NCBI GenBank assembly: GCA_035623825.1
Contig: DASPSR010000010.1
Span: 1 to 19,462 of the forward strand
DNA from: Nitrospirota bacterium
GTDB taxonomy: Bacteria > Nitrospirota > UBA9217
Direction: 5' to 3'
Length of the DNA: 19,462 nucleotides
The number at the start of each line of letters is the position of its first letter. Position 1 is the first letter of the stretch. The position numbers and the translations under genes are program-made. Shown here in pieces: positions 7,301-16,564 of the stretch. The notes beneath the pieces are model-generated. The model was given only the letters and a program-made list of their open reading frames with translations, had not been told where the DNA came from and did no database searches.

Positions 7301-9328
7301 ATGGCCCATAGACTCACGACCTGCACGTTCTGCGGCGTCGGCTGTGGACTTTATCTTGAGACGTCGGGGAATCGCGTCGTAGGCGTCTCTCCCAGTATGT
7401 CCCATCCGGCCAATGAAGGCAGGATCTGTGTGCGTGGCTGGCACGTCCACGAGGTCATCGATGCACCGGACCGGTTGAAAAAACCACTGCTGAGAAAAAA
7501 CGGCCGACTTGAGGAAGTGACCTGGGATGAGGCGTTCGGTTTTATCGCGGACCGCTTGAAGGTTATCCGCGACACCCACGGGCCCGAATCGATTGCTTTC
7601 TTGAATTCCCCCCGTTGCTCGAACGAAGAGACCTACTTGTTGCAGAAGCTGGCCCGCGCGGTCATGAAGACCAACAACGTTGACCATGGGGCTGGCGTGT
7701 ACAGCAACTACGCGCTTAATGTCCTGCTCAAGATGTTCGGCACGCCTGGCACGACGAATTCAATACAGGGATTGGACCGGAGCGACGTCATTATCGTGAG
7801 CGGTGTCGACCTCGGTAGGCAGTTGCCTACGATCGGCGGCAGGGTCATTCGCGCAAAATTGAAGGGCGCCAAGCTTATCGTCATGGCCTCTCGCCGACAC
7901 CGCGTGGCAGAAAGCGCCGATCTGTTCCTGCTGCACAAGCCCGGGACGGTGTCGATGCTTTTCGGTGCCATGGCAAAGGTGATTGTGGACCATGGGTTGG
8001 TGAACCTGCCGTTCATCAGATCACGCTGCTCCAGCTATGAGGCGTTTCTTGCGTCCGTGCGCAGCCGTGACCTGCTGGCGACCGCCGAGGCCTGCGGCGT
8101 ACCCGCCGATCAGATTGAAGCTGCAGCCCTTGAATACGCTCGCGCCGCGTCAGCGGCAATACTTTACACGACAGGCATCGAGGCGCGAGAGCACGATTCC
8201 GTGGAGGCCATGGTAAACCTCTGTCTGCTCTGCGGACAGATTGGCAAGGACGGCGGGGGCATCTTTTCGCTGACCGAACACAACAACCTTCAGGGCGTGT
8301 GCGATATGGGCATGCTGCCTGAACGCCTGCCGGGATATGGAATGGTCGAGGACGATGGAGCACGAAGGGCCATCGAAGAAATGTGGGATACCTCGATCCC
8401 GCCTCGTCGCGGCATGAGTGCAAGCTGGGTGCTTTCCCACCGCGGCCAGGGGGCGGTGCGGGCCGTCTGGCTCTGCCGGTATGATCCGGCGAGCACCGCA
8501 TTTATCAGCGAGGCGGGTGAATCGCTTCGCCAGTGCGACCTTGTTGCCGTACAGGCCGTGTTCCTGACCGAAACCTGCAAGTACGCTCATGTGGTGCTTC
8601 CGACCGCGGTCTTTGGCGAGGAACGCGTCACATTCACCAGCACGGAACGCCGCATCCAGATCGCCGATAAGGTGATCGATCCTCCGGCAGGGATTGAGCC
8701 CGCGTGGCAGCAATTGGTACGCGTTGCTCGAGCCATGGGCGCGGAGTGGAAGTACGATTCTGCCGCTGACGTGATGGACGAGATCGGCGCGGCGGTGCCA
8801 TTCTACAGCGGTGCGAACTACGAGAACCTGAGCCATGACTACGGCCGCCAGTGGCCGTGCACCCGGGAACATCCGATGGGCACGCAATTCCTTTTCGCGC
8901 CGGGCCATCCCAGCCAAAGTTTCACGTTCATACCGATCGAGAAGCCCGCCCGGCCGGTAGTCACGAACGACGAGTATCCGCTCACCCTGATCTTCGGCCA
9001 CTCACTCTATTACTGGCATCAGAACGTGCTGATCAAGCACAGCGAAACGCTCAAACGCGAGTACCGCATGCTTCTGCTCGACTATCCGGACGGCTTTGTC
9101 GAGATAAACACCAGCGATGCGAAGCGGTACAACATCCGCGACGGGGAGAAGATCCGTCTACGCACGACCAGCGGCTCCTGCGTAACAGCGGCGAGGGTCA
9201 CGCCGGAAGTCATGAGCGGCACCGTCTATGTTCCTTATTTCGTCGGCCAGGTTCTCCGGCAGCTTCGGGGCGATCAGGAGAAAGGTGCACAACTGCTGCC
9301 GGTGCGAGTGGAAAAGGAGGCCGCATGA
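7301..9328 (+). CDS. FdhF-fold molybdopterin oxidoreductase family protein with N-terminal [4Fe-4S] motif; catalytic residues absent
   Basis: CTFCGVGC...ICVRG cluster motif, DRLKKPL, SNEETYLLQKLAR, NNLQGVCDMG, FTSTERRIQ, VEINTSDA. Active-site loop reads NNVDHGAGVYS instead of NNVDxCARxC/UH. Confidence 0.85.
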   Translation: MAHRLTTCTFCGVGCGLYLETSGNRVVGVSPSMSHPANEGRICVRGWHVHEVIDAPDRLKKPLLRKNGRLEEVTWDEAFGFIADRLKVIRDTHGPESIAFLNSPRCSNEETYLLQKLARAVMKTNNVDHGAGVYSNYALNVLLKMFGTPGTTNSIQGLDRSDVIIVSGVDLGRQLPTIGGRVIRAKLKGAKLIVMASRRHRVAESADLFLLHKPGTVSMLFGAMAKVIVDHGLVNLPFIRSRCSSYEAFLASVRSRDLLATAEACGVPADQIEAAALEYARAASAAILYTTGIEAREHDSVEAMVNLCLLCGQIGKDGGGIFSLTEHNNLQGVCDMGMLPERLPGYGMVEDDGARRAIEEMWDTSIPPRRGMSASWVLSHRGQGAVRAVWLCRYDPASTAFISEAGESLRQCDLVAVQAVFLTETCKYAHVVLPTAVFGEERVTFTSTERRIQIADKVIDPPAGIEPAWQQLVRVARAMGAEWKYDSAADVMDEIGAAVPFYSGANYENLSHDYGRQWPCTREHPMGTQFLFAPGHPSQSFTFIPIEKPARPVVTNDEYPLTLIFGHSLYYWHQNVLIKHSETLKREYRMLLLDYPDGFVEINTSDAKRYNIRDGEKIRLRTTSGSCVTAARVTPEVMSGTVYVPYFVGQVLRQLRGDQEKGAQLLPVRVEKEAA

Positions 9329-10404
9329 AGGCCCGCATCATTGACCGGGATGACGTGCTGAAGATTGCGGACCTGCTCCAGGGGCAGGGCTATGACGTCA
9401 TTGCACCGTTCCCGGGACGCGGCCGCGATACCTTCTTCGAGTCCATATCCGACGAGAACCGTCAGCGCTTCCAGATACATCTGCCCAATCCCTATTATCC
9501 GCCGAAGCGCTTCGTGTTCCCGCATATGGAACGACTGCTCACCGTACGCAGGAGCAACGGCGATCTCCTGATCGAACCCACCTACCGGGAATCGAAACGG
9601 GCCCTTTTCGGTATCCGCTCGTGCGACGTAGCCGGCATATACCATCTGGACCGGTTCTATTTAGGCCGCGAATACCACGACATTTATTATGAGAAACGGC
9701 GTCGGAACCTGTTCCTTGTCAACGTCGTCTGCACCGTTCCCGGAGCGGACATAAATAACGAATGTTTCTGCCTGTGCACGGACACCGGGCCGGCTGCGAA
9801 AGACCATTTTGACCTGCAACTCATGGATCTCGGGGACGAGTTCATGGTCGTCGCGGGAACGCCGGCAGGCGAGGCTCTGTTCTCGGATAGCATGTTCAAG
9901 CGAGGCTCGGAAGCACACCGGGAAAAACGCGTCGCCATACTGAATGAGGTAAGAAAACAATTCAAGAAAACCACGAGCTGGTTTTCTGCGACCGTACGGT
10001 ATGTGTCGCAGGGAGCGGTCCTCGACAAGACCTGGGAGGAAATCGGCAACCGGTGCCTTGAGTGCGGCGGTTGCACCTATGTATGCCCCGCCTGCACCTG
10101 TTTCACGGTTTCCGATCATCAGACCGGATCTGACGAGATAGAACGAGTCCGCATCTGGGACGCCTGCGCCCTCGCCGGGTTCACGCGCATGGCCGGCGGC
10201 CACAATCCGCGCCGCGCCGTACACGACCGCCGCAACCGGCGGTTCTTCCGAAAGCTGGCGCACTATTTCATTCAGCGTGAGCTCTCCATGGCCTGTGTCG
10301 GATGCGGTCGGTGCGCCGCCGTGTGCCATGGTGATGTGGGGATGCCGAATGTCGTCGAGATGATCCGCAGAGCTTCACTGGAGTCTGATACTCATGCCGA
10401 CTGA
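9325..10404 (+). CDS. AsrA / sulfhydrogenase beta (HydB)-like 4Fe-4S dicluster protein
   Basis: ATGA overlap with the previous stop, RBS AAGGAGG; FGIRSCD, CFCLC, CLECGGCTYVCPACTCF, WDAC, CVGCGRCAAVC; 359 aa. Confidence 0.9.
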   Translation: MKARIIDRDDVLKIADLLQGQGYDVIAPFPGRGRDTFFESISDENRQRFQIHLPNPYYPPKRFVFPHMERLLTVRRSNGDLLIEPTYRESKRALFGIRSCDVAGIYHLDRFYLGREYHDIYYEKRRRNLFLVNVVCTVPGADINNECFCLCTDTGPAAKDHFDLQLMDLGDEFMVVAGTPAGEALFSDSMFKRGSEAHREKRVAILNEVRKQFKKTTSWFSATVRYVSQGAVLDKTWEEIGNRCLECGGCTYVCPACTCFTVSDHQTGSDEIERVRIWDACALAGFTRMAGGHNPRRAVHDRRNRRFFRKLAHYFIQRELSMACVGCGRCAAVCHGDVGMPNVVEMIRRASLESDTHAD

Positions 10405-11239
10405 AAACATCTATCTGCCGAAGACCGCGATCCTTGACCGCGTGACCGACGAAATCGCCGAAGTCAAGACGTTCCATTGGCATTTCGAAGACGAGGCGGA
10501 ACAGAAGGCTTTCAAGAAATTCCGGCCCGGTCAGTTCGCGCAAGTCTCGCTCTTCGGGGTCGGCGAATTCCCTACTTCGCTGCCGCCCAGTCCCACTGAG
10601 CAGGAGACCTTCTTCACCGTGCGCTCCGTCGGCAGCTGCACGTCAGCGCTCCATCAACTGAAACCGGGCGACAAGTTCGGTGTGCGCGGCCCTTACGGAA
10701 ACGGCTTCCCCATGGATGCCTATGAGGGTAAGAATCTAGTGTTCGTTGCCGGTGGGATCGGGTTGATTCCGCTCCGCTCCTGCATTGTGTACGCGCTCAA
10801 TAACCGCGATAAATACGGTCGTATTCAGATCTTTTACGGCTCGAAAACCCCGAGCGAACTGATGTATGTGGCCAATCTCCGCGAATGGGAGCAGGCCACG
10901 GCAGTCGAATGCAGCCTGACCGTGGATAGGACATGTCCCACCGATGTCTGGACCGGCAATATCGGCGTAGTCGGAAGCCTCTTCAAAAAGCCGGGAGTCG
11001 GTATCCCCGTGGAAAACACCATCGCCTTTGTGTGCGGGCCGCCGGTAATGTTCCGGTTCGTTATCAATGACCTGATCGATCTGGGATTCGAAGAGAGAAA
11101 CATCGTCTCGACACTGGAACGGTACATGAAGTGCGGCGTCGGAAAATGCGGCCACTGCTGCATCGGTGTGGCGTATGTGTGCACCGACGGTCCGGTATTC
11201 ACATATGAACAGATCAAGAAACTAGGAGAGGACATCTGA
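10394..11239 (+). CDS. AsrB / sulfhydrogenase gamma (HydG)-like FAD/NAD(P)-binding [2Fe-2S] protein
   Basis: PGQF, RGPYGNGF, AGGIGLIP, CGPPVM, ERYMKCGVGKCGHC...CTDGPVF. Confidence 0.92.
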   Translation: MPTENIYLPKTAILDRVTDEIAEVKTFHWHFEDEAEQKAFKKFRPGQFAQVSLFGVGEFPTSLPPSPTEQETFFTVRSVGSCTSALHQLKPGDKFGVRGPYGNGFPMDAYEGKNLVFVAGGIGLIPLRSCIVYALNNRDKYGRIQIFYGSKTPSELMYVANLREWEQATAVECSLTVDRTCPTDVWTGNIGVVGSLFKKPGVGIPVENTIAFVCGPPVMFRFVINDLIDLGFEERNIVSTLERYMKCGVGKCGHCCIGVAYVCTDGPVFTYEQIKKLGEDI

Positions 11240-11856
11240 TGCCTGATCTGCGGGAGCAACTGGGACACTGCTTTCAGGGCCACGTCTGCCTGATGGGGAT
11301 TGGCAATGCGGACCTCGGTGATGACGGTTTTGGGGTAAAGCTGGCTGACGCGATAGCGGAGCGGCTGATTCGATCGGGACGTGCTTCTTGTGCCCGGAAT
11401 GTGATCAATGCAGGCGCCGAACCGGAACGTATGATCGGTTACGTGGCTGAAAGGGGTTTCGATCACCTGGTTTTCCTTGACGCTGTTGAATTCGGAGGGG
11501 AGCCCGGTTCGGTGATATTCCTCGATGCGAATGCGATCGCATCCCGGTTTCCGCAGATCTCGACACACAAGGTCTCCCTAGGTCTGTTGGCAAAGTGTAT
11601 CACGGCAGGGGGAGGAACGTGCGTGTGGCTTCTCGGTGTCCAGCCTGGTTCGCTCAGGCCCGTGCAAGGACTTTCAACGGCTGTACAGAAGGCGAAGGAC
11701 ATCCTTGAGGAGATCTTCTGCGATGTATGGAATGATGCCGGAATTAAGGCGGCGGAAGCCCGTGTTGATGCAACGATGCTTGATGAATCTAGATTGCCAG
11801 GGCGCGAAGAACACGAACCGTTGTGGGCTCTAACCCCAGGATTCTTCCATCCATGA
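11239..11856 (+). CDS. hycI: hydrogenase maturation endopeptidase (HycI-like)
   Basis: GIGNADLGDDGFG, PE, LDAV, ISTH, LLGVQP motifs; 1-nt TGATG overlap with the upstream gene. Confidence 0.88.
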   Translation: MPDLREQLGHCFQGHVCLMGIGNADLGDDGFGVKLADAIAERLIRSGRASCARNVINAGAEPERMIGYVAERGFDHLVFLDAVEFGGEPGSVIFLDANAIASRFPQISTHKVSLGLLAKCITAGGGTCVWLLGVQPGSLRPVQGLSTAVQKAKDILEEIFCDVWNDAGIKAAEARVDATMLDESRLPGREEHEPLWALTPGFFHP

Positions 11857-11898
11857 TGGGGAGTACTATGATGCAAAGGTCGTTTCGGAGGTGAATGG

Positions 11899-13830
11899 AT
11901 GATGACCCCTGAAGCATCTGTCCTATCGGCGATCCTGCTGTGTATCGCAGGGGCTGCGGTATCGCTCCTCGTTGCGCGGGACAAGACCGTTGCAGGCAGT
12001 ATTGCTTTCCTGATCACCTTGACGACAGCTGTCCTTATCTGCTCCGCCGTAGCGACGGTGCTGACGCTGGGGCCATCGCCGCATCCTGTTGAATTCTGGT
12101 CACTGCCAACATTCGGATTTGCCCTGCGCATCCATGTAGACGGCCTTTCCGCCATCTTTCTCCTGCTTGCCGCATTCATCGCCGTGCCGGCGTCGTTCTA
12201 TTCCATCGCATACCTGCGTTCCTACACTGAATATGGTGCGGGGAGGTACTATCCTCATTTATTGCTCTTTCTCGCTGCAATGTACGGCCTGTTGAGCACT
12301 TCTGACATGATGTGGTTCTTCTTCGTGTTCTGGCAGCTCATGACGCTTCCCGGGTATGCGCTGATCCGGTACGAGAACAAGAAACCGCAGAATATCCGCG
12401 CGGCGAACAAGTATCTCATCATGATGGAGATCGCCTGCGTTGCCACCATGGTCGGAGCCGAGCTGCTCGCTGCCGCAGGTGCCTCGGCAGAACATGCAGG
12501 GCTGAAATATGACTTCGATTCAGTGAGCGCCAACATTCCCGCCCTTCTCAGCGCGAATTTCGGATCGACCATGGCGGCATTCGCCCTTTTCCTGGTCGGG
12601 TTCGGAATTAAAATGGGCATGTGGCCATTTGGCCAGATATGGCTTCCTGACGCTCACCCCGCTGCGCCATCACCGGTGAGCGCCATGCTCTCCGGGGTCA
12701 TGATCAAGACAGGCGTCTACGGCCTCATGCGCTATTTTCTTTGGCTGGTGCCATCGTCCGCATGGGCATCCTACCCGTTGATGGTCTGGGGCATGATCGT
12801 CACCGTACTGGGCACGATCACCTTGTTCTCCGGCACCATGCAGGCGCTCAAGCAGGAGCAGTCGAAACGACTGCTCGCCTTCCACAGCATCGGCCAGATT
12901 GGATACATCCTCCTTGGGCTTGGCGCGTGCATGGCCCTGATGCCAGCTGGTGATCAGAGGCTCGCGGGGCTTGCCGCGATAGGCATGTTTGGCGCCCTGT
13001 TCCACGTGATGAACCACGGCGTTTTCAAGGGCTTGTTGTTCCTGAATGCCGGCTCCCTGCTTTACGCCACTGACACCCAGGATCTCAACAAGCTGGGAGG
13101 GCTGATGAAATTTATGCCCGTCACAGCAGTCACGGCCCTGGTTGCATCGTTCTCCATCTCGGGCGTCCCGCTCTTCAACGGCTTCGTCAGCAAATGGAGC
13201 ATTTACGTTGCTGCGGTCCAAGGCAGCAGTGCGGCCCCGTATCTTCCGATTTGCGCGGTCATCGCTATCCTGACGAGTGCCCTGACCCTTGCTTCATTCA
13301 TCAAATTCTTCGGTGTGAGCTTCCTCTCGCGGCCGAGCACCCTGGTTATGAAACAGGCCGCGATGCGGGGCGGGCTCGAAGTCCCCTGGGTCATGCACCT
13401 GCCCCAGGTCCTTCTCGCCGTCGTCTGCATGGTTCTCGGCATCGTGCCCTCAGTCGCGTTTCGATTCATGCAGCAGCTTTTCGATGCCCGCGGCCAGGGC
13501 TTCGACGCCGTTCTTGCTGATGCCATGTCGATCTCAAGCGGGCCGCTGTCCGGGGTGCAGGAACTTCGCGGAGCCGCAGTGTTCGCGCCGATCGCGCTCA
13601 CTCTCGTGCTCGGGGTGCTGTTCCTGTTCGTCCGTATACTCTCAAAGCTCGGCGGGGCCCAGCGGCGCGTGGCCGCTCCCTGGCTATGCGGGTATGTGCG
13701 CGAGGCTGATTGCCACCGGTACAATGCTCACAATTTTTATGGCGAGATCAAACGCTATTTCCGATGGCTGGGCGGTGGAACGCGACCCTCTTCGGAAGGG
13801 GCAAATATGATGAAGGAACCCAGATCATGA
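11899..13830 (+). CDS. hyfB: group 4 hydrogenase antiporter-like membrane subunit (HycC/HyfB, NuoL/M/N family)
   Basis: RBS GGAGGTG; DGLSAIF, GFGIKMG, WLPDAHPAAPSPVSAMLSGVMIKTGVYG, KRLLAFHS, NHGVFKGLLFL, GVPLFNGFVSKW, WLCGY. Confidence 0.9.
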   Translation: MMTPEASVLSAILLCIAGAAVSLLVARDKTVAGSIAFLITLTTAVLICSAVATVLTLGPSPHPVEFWSLPTFGFALRIHVDGLSAIFLLLAAFIAVPASFYSIAYLRSYTEYGAGRYYPHLLLFLAAMYGLLSTSDMMWFFFVFWQLMTLPGYALIRYENKKPQNIRAANKYLIMMEIACVATMVGAELLAAAGASAEHAGLKYDFDSVSANIPALLSANFGSTMAAFALFLVGFGIKMGMWPFGQIWLPDAHPAAPSPVSAMLSGVMIKTGVYGLMRYFLWLVPSSAWASYPLMVWGMIVTVLGTITLFSGTMQALKQEQSKRLLAFHSIGQIGYILLGLGACMALMPAGDQRLAGLAAIGMFGALFHVMNHGVFKGLLFLNAGSLLYATDTQDLNKLGGLMKFMPVTAVTALVASFSISGVPLFNGFVSKWSIYVAAVQGSSAAPYLPICAVIAILTSALTLASFIKFFGVSFLSRPSTLVMKQAAMRGGLEVPWVMHLPQVLLAVVCMVLGIVPSVAFRFMQQLFDARGQGFDAVLADAMSISSGPLSGVQELRGAAVFAPIALTLVLGVLFLFVRILSKLGGAQRRVAAPWLCGYVREADCHRYNAHNFYGEIKRYFRWLGGGTRPSSEGANMMKEPRS

Positions 13831-15503
13831 TCGCGCGCGAACGGTTGAATCAGATAAAGGAGAAGTTCGGCAGCGCGCTTCTGCGCGCTGATCTGCCCGA
13901 TGACCGGCATTTGTTCGCATTTGTCGAACGCACGGCGATCAAGGCATTATGCAAGTATCTCTTCCGTGACCTCGACGCGCGATATATCATCAGCATCGGC
14001 GTTGATGACCGGCCGTTCTCCGGTGCGTTCCTGGTCGCGCACAATTTCTCTTTTGACAAGGATCATGTGCTCTGCAGCTTTTTGGTTTCCGTGCCGCCCG
14101 ACGATCCGAAGATTGACAGCATCACAAATGAAGTACCCGCGGCAAGCTGGGCTGAGCGCGAAATGCGAGATCTCGTCGGCATTGAACCGATCGGCCATTG
14201 CTATCCAAAGCGGCTCGTCCTGCCGGACGGCTGGCCGAACGGCCTCTATCCGCTTCGCAAGGACATGTCTTGGGATTACGTGCCCGAGGGCTTCGATGAG
14301 AATCAGGAGTACCTCTTCGATGATCCGCCGGAGGGATGCATGGTCGTGCCATTCGGGCCATTTCATCCAACGCTCGACGAGCCCTCCCATTTCCGCCTCT
14401 ATGTCGAGGGGGAGACGGTACGCGGCTGTGAATACCGCGGTTTCATGGTGCACCGCGGCATCGAGAAGCTCGCAGAATCCGTGATGTCCTACAATGATAT
14501 CAACATGCTGGCAGAGCGCATCTGCGGAATCTGCGGCTGCGTGCACAGCGTCGCCTATTCGCAGTCCGTCGAGGCCGCCGCGGCCGTCGAGCCGCCGCCT
14601 CGGGCAGAATATATGCGCACGATCATGCTCGAGATCGAGCGGTTGCACAGCCATCTGCTGTGGGTTGGCCTGGCCTGCCACCTCGTCGGTTTCGACACCC
14701 TGTTCATGCAGAGCTTCCGCATCCGCGAACCGATCATGTGGATAGCCGAGAAGATCACCGGGAACCGCAAGACCTATGCCCTCTGTGTCATCGGCGGAGT
14801 GCGCTGGGACATTACCGAGGACCTGAAAGCCGAGCTGCGCCGCGTGCTCAGCGCGCTCGAAGCCGAATGGAGCCCTGTGGTCGCTGCAGTGATTAAGGAC
14901 CGGAACATCCAGAAGCGTACCCGTGACGTCGGCGTTGCTGACCGCGTCGCGGTTAAAGAACTCGGCCTTATCGGTCCCGTCGCGCGCGCTGCCGGCGTTG
15001 ACATCGATTGCCGCCGCGATCATCCCTATGCGGCATATGCACGCGTTGATTTCGACGTGATCATCGAGCAGGGTGGGGACGTCTGGTCGCGTGTCCTTGT
15101 CCGGGCCCGGGAAGTGTTCGAATCCATCAGGATCATCCGCCAGTGCCTCGAAAAGATGGAGGAGGGGCCGCTACAGGCCACCGTTGCCGACGAACTGCCA
15201 ATCGGCCGCATGGGCGTGTCCTCGGTGGAAGCGCCGCGCGGGGAGAGCCATCATTTCGTCATCACCGGTGAGAACAACCGGCCTCGACGCTGGCGGGTCC
15301 GCGCGCCGACGTATCAGAACCTCCAGGCTGTGCCCATGATGATCAAGGGTCAGCAGATCGCTGACATGACGATATCTCTCGGCAGCATCGACCCCTGCTT
15401 CTCCTGCACGGACAGGATGGAGACGATCGATCTGAGAACGGGCTCCGTGAGGATATGGACGCAGAAGGAACTGGAAGAGCTGGCCAGGATGAGGAATCGC
15501 TAG
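13827..15503 (+). CDS. hycE: group 4 [NiFe]-hydrogenase large subunit (HycE-like, fused NuoC/NuoD-type)
   Basis: ATG 13827 overlapping the previous stop (ATGA); WAEREMRDLVGI, YPLRKD, GPFHP, HRGIEK; L1 ERICGICGCVH and L2 DPCFSCTDR with all four Ni-Fe cysteines and a cleavable C-terminal tail. Confidence 0.95.
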   Translation: MIARERLNQIKEKFGSALLRADLPDDRHLFAFVERTAIKALCKYLFRDLDARYIISIGVDDRPFSGAFLVAHNFSFDKDHVLCSFLVSVPPDDPKIDSITNEVPAASWAEREMRDLVGIEPIGHCYPKRLVLPDGWPNGLYPLRKDMSWDYVPEGFDENQEYLFDDPPEGCMVVPFGPFHPTLDEPSHFRLYVEGETVRGCEYRGFMVHRGIEKLAESVMSYNDINMLAERICGICGCVHSVAYSQSVEAAAAVEPPPRAEYMRTIMLEIERLHSHLLWVGLACHLVGFDTLFMQSFRIREPIMWIAEKITGNRKTYALCVIGGVRWDITEDLKAELRRVLSALEAEWSPVVAAVIKDRNIQKRTRDVGVADRVAVKELGLIGPVARAAGVDIDCRRDHPYAAYARVDFDVIIEQGGDVWSRVLVRAREVFESIRIIRQCLEKMEEGPLQATVADELPIGRMGVSSVEAPRGESHHFVITGENNRPRRWRVRAPTYQNLQAVPMMIKGQQIADMTISLGSIDPCFSCTDRMETIDLRTGSVRIWTQKELEELARMRNR

Positions 15504-15619
15504 GGGGAGGCGTCTCCCGCAGATCGCAAGGAGAATGCGGAGTAAATAAATAACCTTGGCCTTAAAGGTACATAGCATCTCAGGCAGGGTGCTTTATAAT
15601 TGGGGCTGGAGATTGTAGT

Positions 15620-16546
15620 ATGGATACGACAGTGACGAGGACGATGTTGGCCGGACTGGCGAATGTATGCATGGTGCTGTTCGTAGCGCCCTTGTTCCAG
15701 GGCGTACTGCGCAAGATCACGGCGATCATCCAGTCCCGCAAAGGCCCCCCGATCCTTCAGCCCTACTATGACCTGCTGAAACTCCTCGGCAAGGAAGACC
15801 TTGAGTCTGGCTCGTCGCCGTTCATGCAGCGGTTCGCGGTCTATCTGTCTTTGGCGACCGTTCTGGCAGTGGCATGCCTTGTGCCAATGGGTTTTTCTGC
15901 ACCCCTGAATGGGCAGGGAGATGTCATTCTGCTGATATACTTGTTGACCCTTTCCGGCATCTGCACGTTGCTCGCGGGGTTAGCGGCAGGATCCACCTAC
16001 TCCCTCGTGGGTATCAGCCGCCAAATGATGACCATGATCGCTCTGGAACCGCTGTTCGCCGTGGCCATCATCATAGGGGCGATCCATACTCAGTCATTCC
16101 GGCTGGACACAGTACTGAACGGTTCCATCTATGTGAAGTCCGGTTTCCCGTGGTCTGGGACCGTCATGCTGGGGGTCATGTTATTGTCATTCCAGGCCTT
16201 CGTGGAACGCATGCCCTTTGACATCAGCGAGGCGGAAACAGAAATCATGGAAGGTGCGCTCATAGAGTATTCGGGACCGAAACTGGCAATATTCAAGTAC
16301 GCCTGGATGGCGAAACTGGTCATCTACAGCGCTCTCTTCGTTGCAGTGTTCGCGCCATGGGGTACGGAACTCACCTTCCCGCTGGGATGGCTTCTGTTCT
16401 GGGCGAAGGTGTCAGCACTGGTGCTGCTCGTTACTCTCGTGGCCGCGACGCACGCGCGCTACCGCATTGACCAGGCCATCCGTTTCTTTGCCGCCCTGCT
16501 GGTCATTGCGTTCGGTGCTCTTGTGATGGCCGGCTACGGGTACTAG
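15620..16546 (+). CDS. hycD: group 4 hydrogenase membrane subunit (HycD/NuoH family)
   Basis: RKITAIIQSRKGPPILQPYYDLLKLLGKE and PFDISEAETEIMEGALIEYSG motifs; about 8 TM segments. Confidence 0.93.
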   Translation: MDTTVTRTMLAGLANVCMVLFVAPLFQGVLRKITAIIQSRKGPPILQPYYDLLKLLGKEDLESGSSPFMQRFAVYLSLATVLAVACLVPMGFSAPLNGQGDVILLIYLLTLSGICTLLAGLAAGSTYSLVGISRQMMTMIALEPLFAVAIIIGAIHTQSFRLDTVLNGSIYVKSGFPWSGTVMLGVMLLSFQAFVERMPFDISEAETEIMEGALIEYSGPKLAIFKYAWMAKLVIYSALFVAVFAPWGTELTFPLGWLLFWAKVSALVLLVTLVAATHARYRIDQAIRFFAALLVIAFGALVMAGYGY

Positions 16547-16564
16547 GTTGATCGAGGGCATAAC

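Noticed and set aside
7246-7311. 21-codon leader ORF (MENRMSASPHVYPLEKVAYGP) overlapping the operon start
   Set aside because: It has an AGGA upstream but no attenuator structure or telling codon runs; not supportable without ribosome profiling.
7671-7720. Selenocysteine codon or SECIS in the FdhF-like gene
   Set aside because: No in-frame TGA; the equivalent codon is TAC (Tyr).
8851-9324. N-terminal extension of the 517-aa ORF (and similarly the 13710, 2760 and 1405 starts)
   Set aside because: These overlap upstream genes or lack an RBS; internal ATGs at 9325, 13827, 2844 and 1435 fit RBS or coupling and family lengths.
9325-11239. Anaerobic sulfite reductase (asrABC) or complete group 3b hydrogenase
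   Set aside because: No siroheme AsrC and no group 3b HydA/HydD genes are present; only the two electron-transfer subunits.
13827-15503. Ehr/Mbx-type or complex I NuoCD subunit lacking a Ni-Fe site
   Set aside because: Both CxxC motifs are intact, there is a cleavable tail after DPCFSCTDR, and a HycI gene is adjacent.
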